Positions 62,961 to 64,000 of a stretch of DNA of 64,000 nt are shown piece by piece. The stretch is from Octopus sinensis. Lineage: Eukaryota. The translations under genes and the position numbers were made by a program. The DNA lies in the NCBI RefSeq assembly GCF_006345805.1, contig NC_043004.1, positions 102,486,001 to 102,550,000 of the forward strand, in the 5' to 3' direction. The notes below the pieces were generated by a model. That model was given only the letters and a program-made list of their open reading frames with translations. It had not been told where the DNA came from and made no database searches. Position 1 is the first letter of the stretch. Each line of letters starts with the position of its first letter.

Positions 62961-64000
62961 GTCCTTCCTACATATTCAATGTACCTTGACTTCATAGACC
63001 TGATAGGAACTGATATTTTCACTATTTCTTATGAGTTATTAATTTATTTGTTCATTCTAGAAGCTATTTTGGTGGCAATAATTTGTCAGCAAACCAAATC
63101 TCTCCTACATAATTTGGATTTCCATTTAGAACTACTTACCATTGAGAAAGGCATACAGACCACACTTTCTCATTTCTTTTTCCTTGTTTGTTAATTTTTT
63201 TCCATCATAATGTCCTGCTGAACTAGTCAATAAGTTGTTTCTAACCACATAATTTCTCGAACAATTGGCTTCTTTAATATTGTAGTTTGTCAAACCTCTT
63301 TTGTTCAGTGGTGGTACCATAGCCAATATGAGTTATGGGAGGTGTGGTTATTGCTAATTGAAAGTCATATATACATAACTAAAAGCTACTTGGTCAAACA
63401 AATTATTTTCTGTGCCCCAAAAAGACCAAGCTTATTGTTTGTGAGAACTTCATTTACAGTTTTGTTTTCATGAACTAGATGACTAATTTAACAGTTTAAT
63501 GGTATTGATGATGATGTTGTTGATGATGATGATGGTAACAGTGGTGGTTTGAGAGAAACAGTTTAAGGACACAGATTTGCTAAATTGGTGTCTTTCACGA
63601 AGTATGTTGCACTATTAGAGTCATGTTCAAAGAACTGGAAGAGTAGTTTAATATAGAGCAAGTATATTTTAAAGGTTAATGTGTGAGAAAGCATCACAAT
63701 ATTAGAACAAAAGAACCAGTGGGTTCAAGTTGAAGAGACGGTGCTATTATCAGTTTAAGAGTATGTACTTGTGTAAATTAGTAGGGATATAAAAATTAGA
63801 CAACTTAATGCTTTGTTTATTTCTTATTAATTTTAATTATTTTAAAATGCTTCTTTAATATTTCTGGTTTTAAATTTCATCTTTCAGAGGCAGAGTTCTA
63901 TTTTATTTTCCCCTGACTCCTTATTATTATCATCGCTACCTTCATTTATTTTGCATTCACTTCTCCATACTAATATGGGTTGGATAGTTCTACATGAAGA

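Noticed and set aside
1-64000. Conserved bilaterian miRNAs, snRNA and rRNA genes
   Set aside because: None of the well-known mature sequences was recognised by eye. This is not an exhaustive search; an Rfam/MirGeneDB scan would be decisive.

Overview
A strongly AT-rich, microsatellite-dense eukaryotic window. The repeat complement points to an octopus (coleoid cephalopod) genome; this is inferred from the repeats and not confirmed by a database search. It holds abundant tRNA-derived SINEs with internal (TA)n(TG)n tracts, RTE LINE 3' ends with (GAT)n tails, CR1 3' ends and TTAA MITEs. No host protein-coding gene can be confidently identified. Almost all ORFs in the supplied track are microsatellite or repeat translations. 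The window looks intronic or intergenic, with several weak plus-strand exon and microexon candidates. Recognisable coding remnants are all transposon-derived: Penelope-like linker plus GIY-YIG endonuclease (1-880), Tc1/mariner N-terminus (3709-3881), RTE, CR1, an R4/Dong-like RLE C-terminus and a LINE ORF1-like segment. The most notable structures are: (1) a 1.6-kb Helitron-like unit enclosing a LINE ORF1 fragment that carries two perfect hairpins; (2) a perfect ~150-bp foldback of a SINE head joined to a truncated mariner; (3) two hammerhead-ribozyme-like motifs in Penelope-type sequence; (4) RTE 3' UTRs built from a variable number of stem-loop units, one copy with a 5' inversion; (5) closely spaced inverted SINE pairs that could form long dsRNA; (6) candidate microexons and alternative Pro-rich terminal exons.
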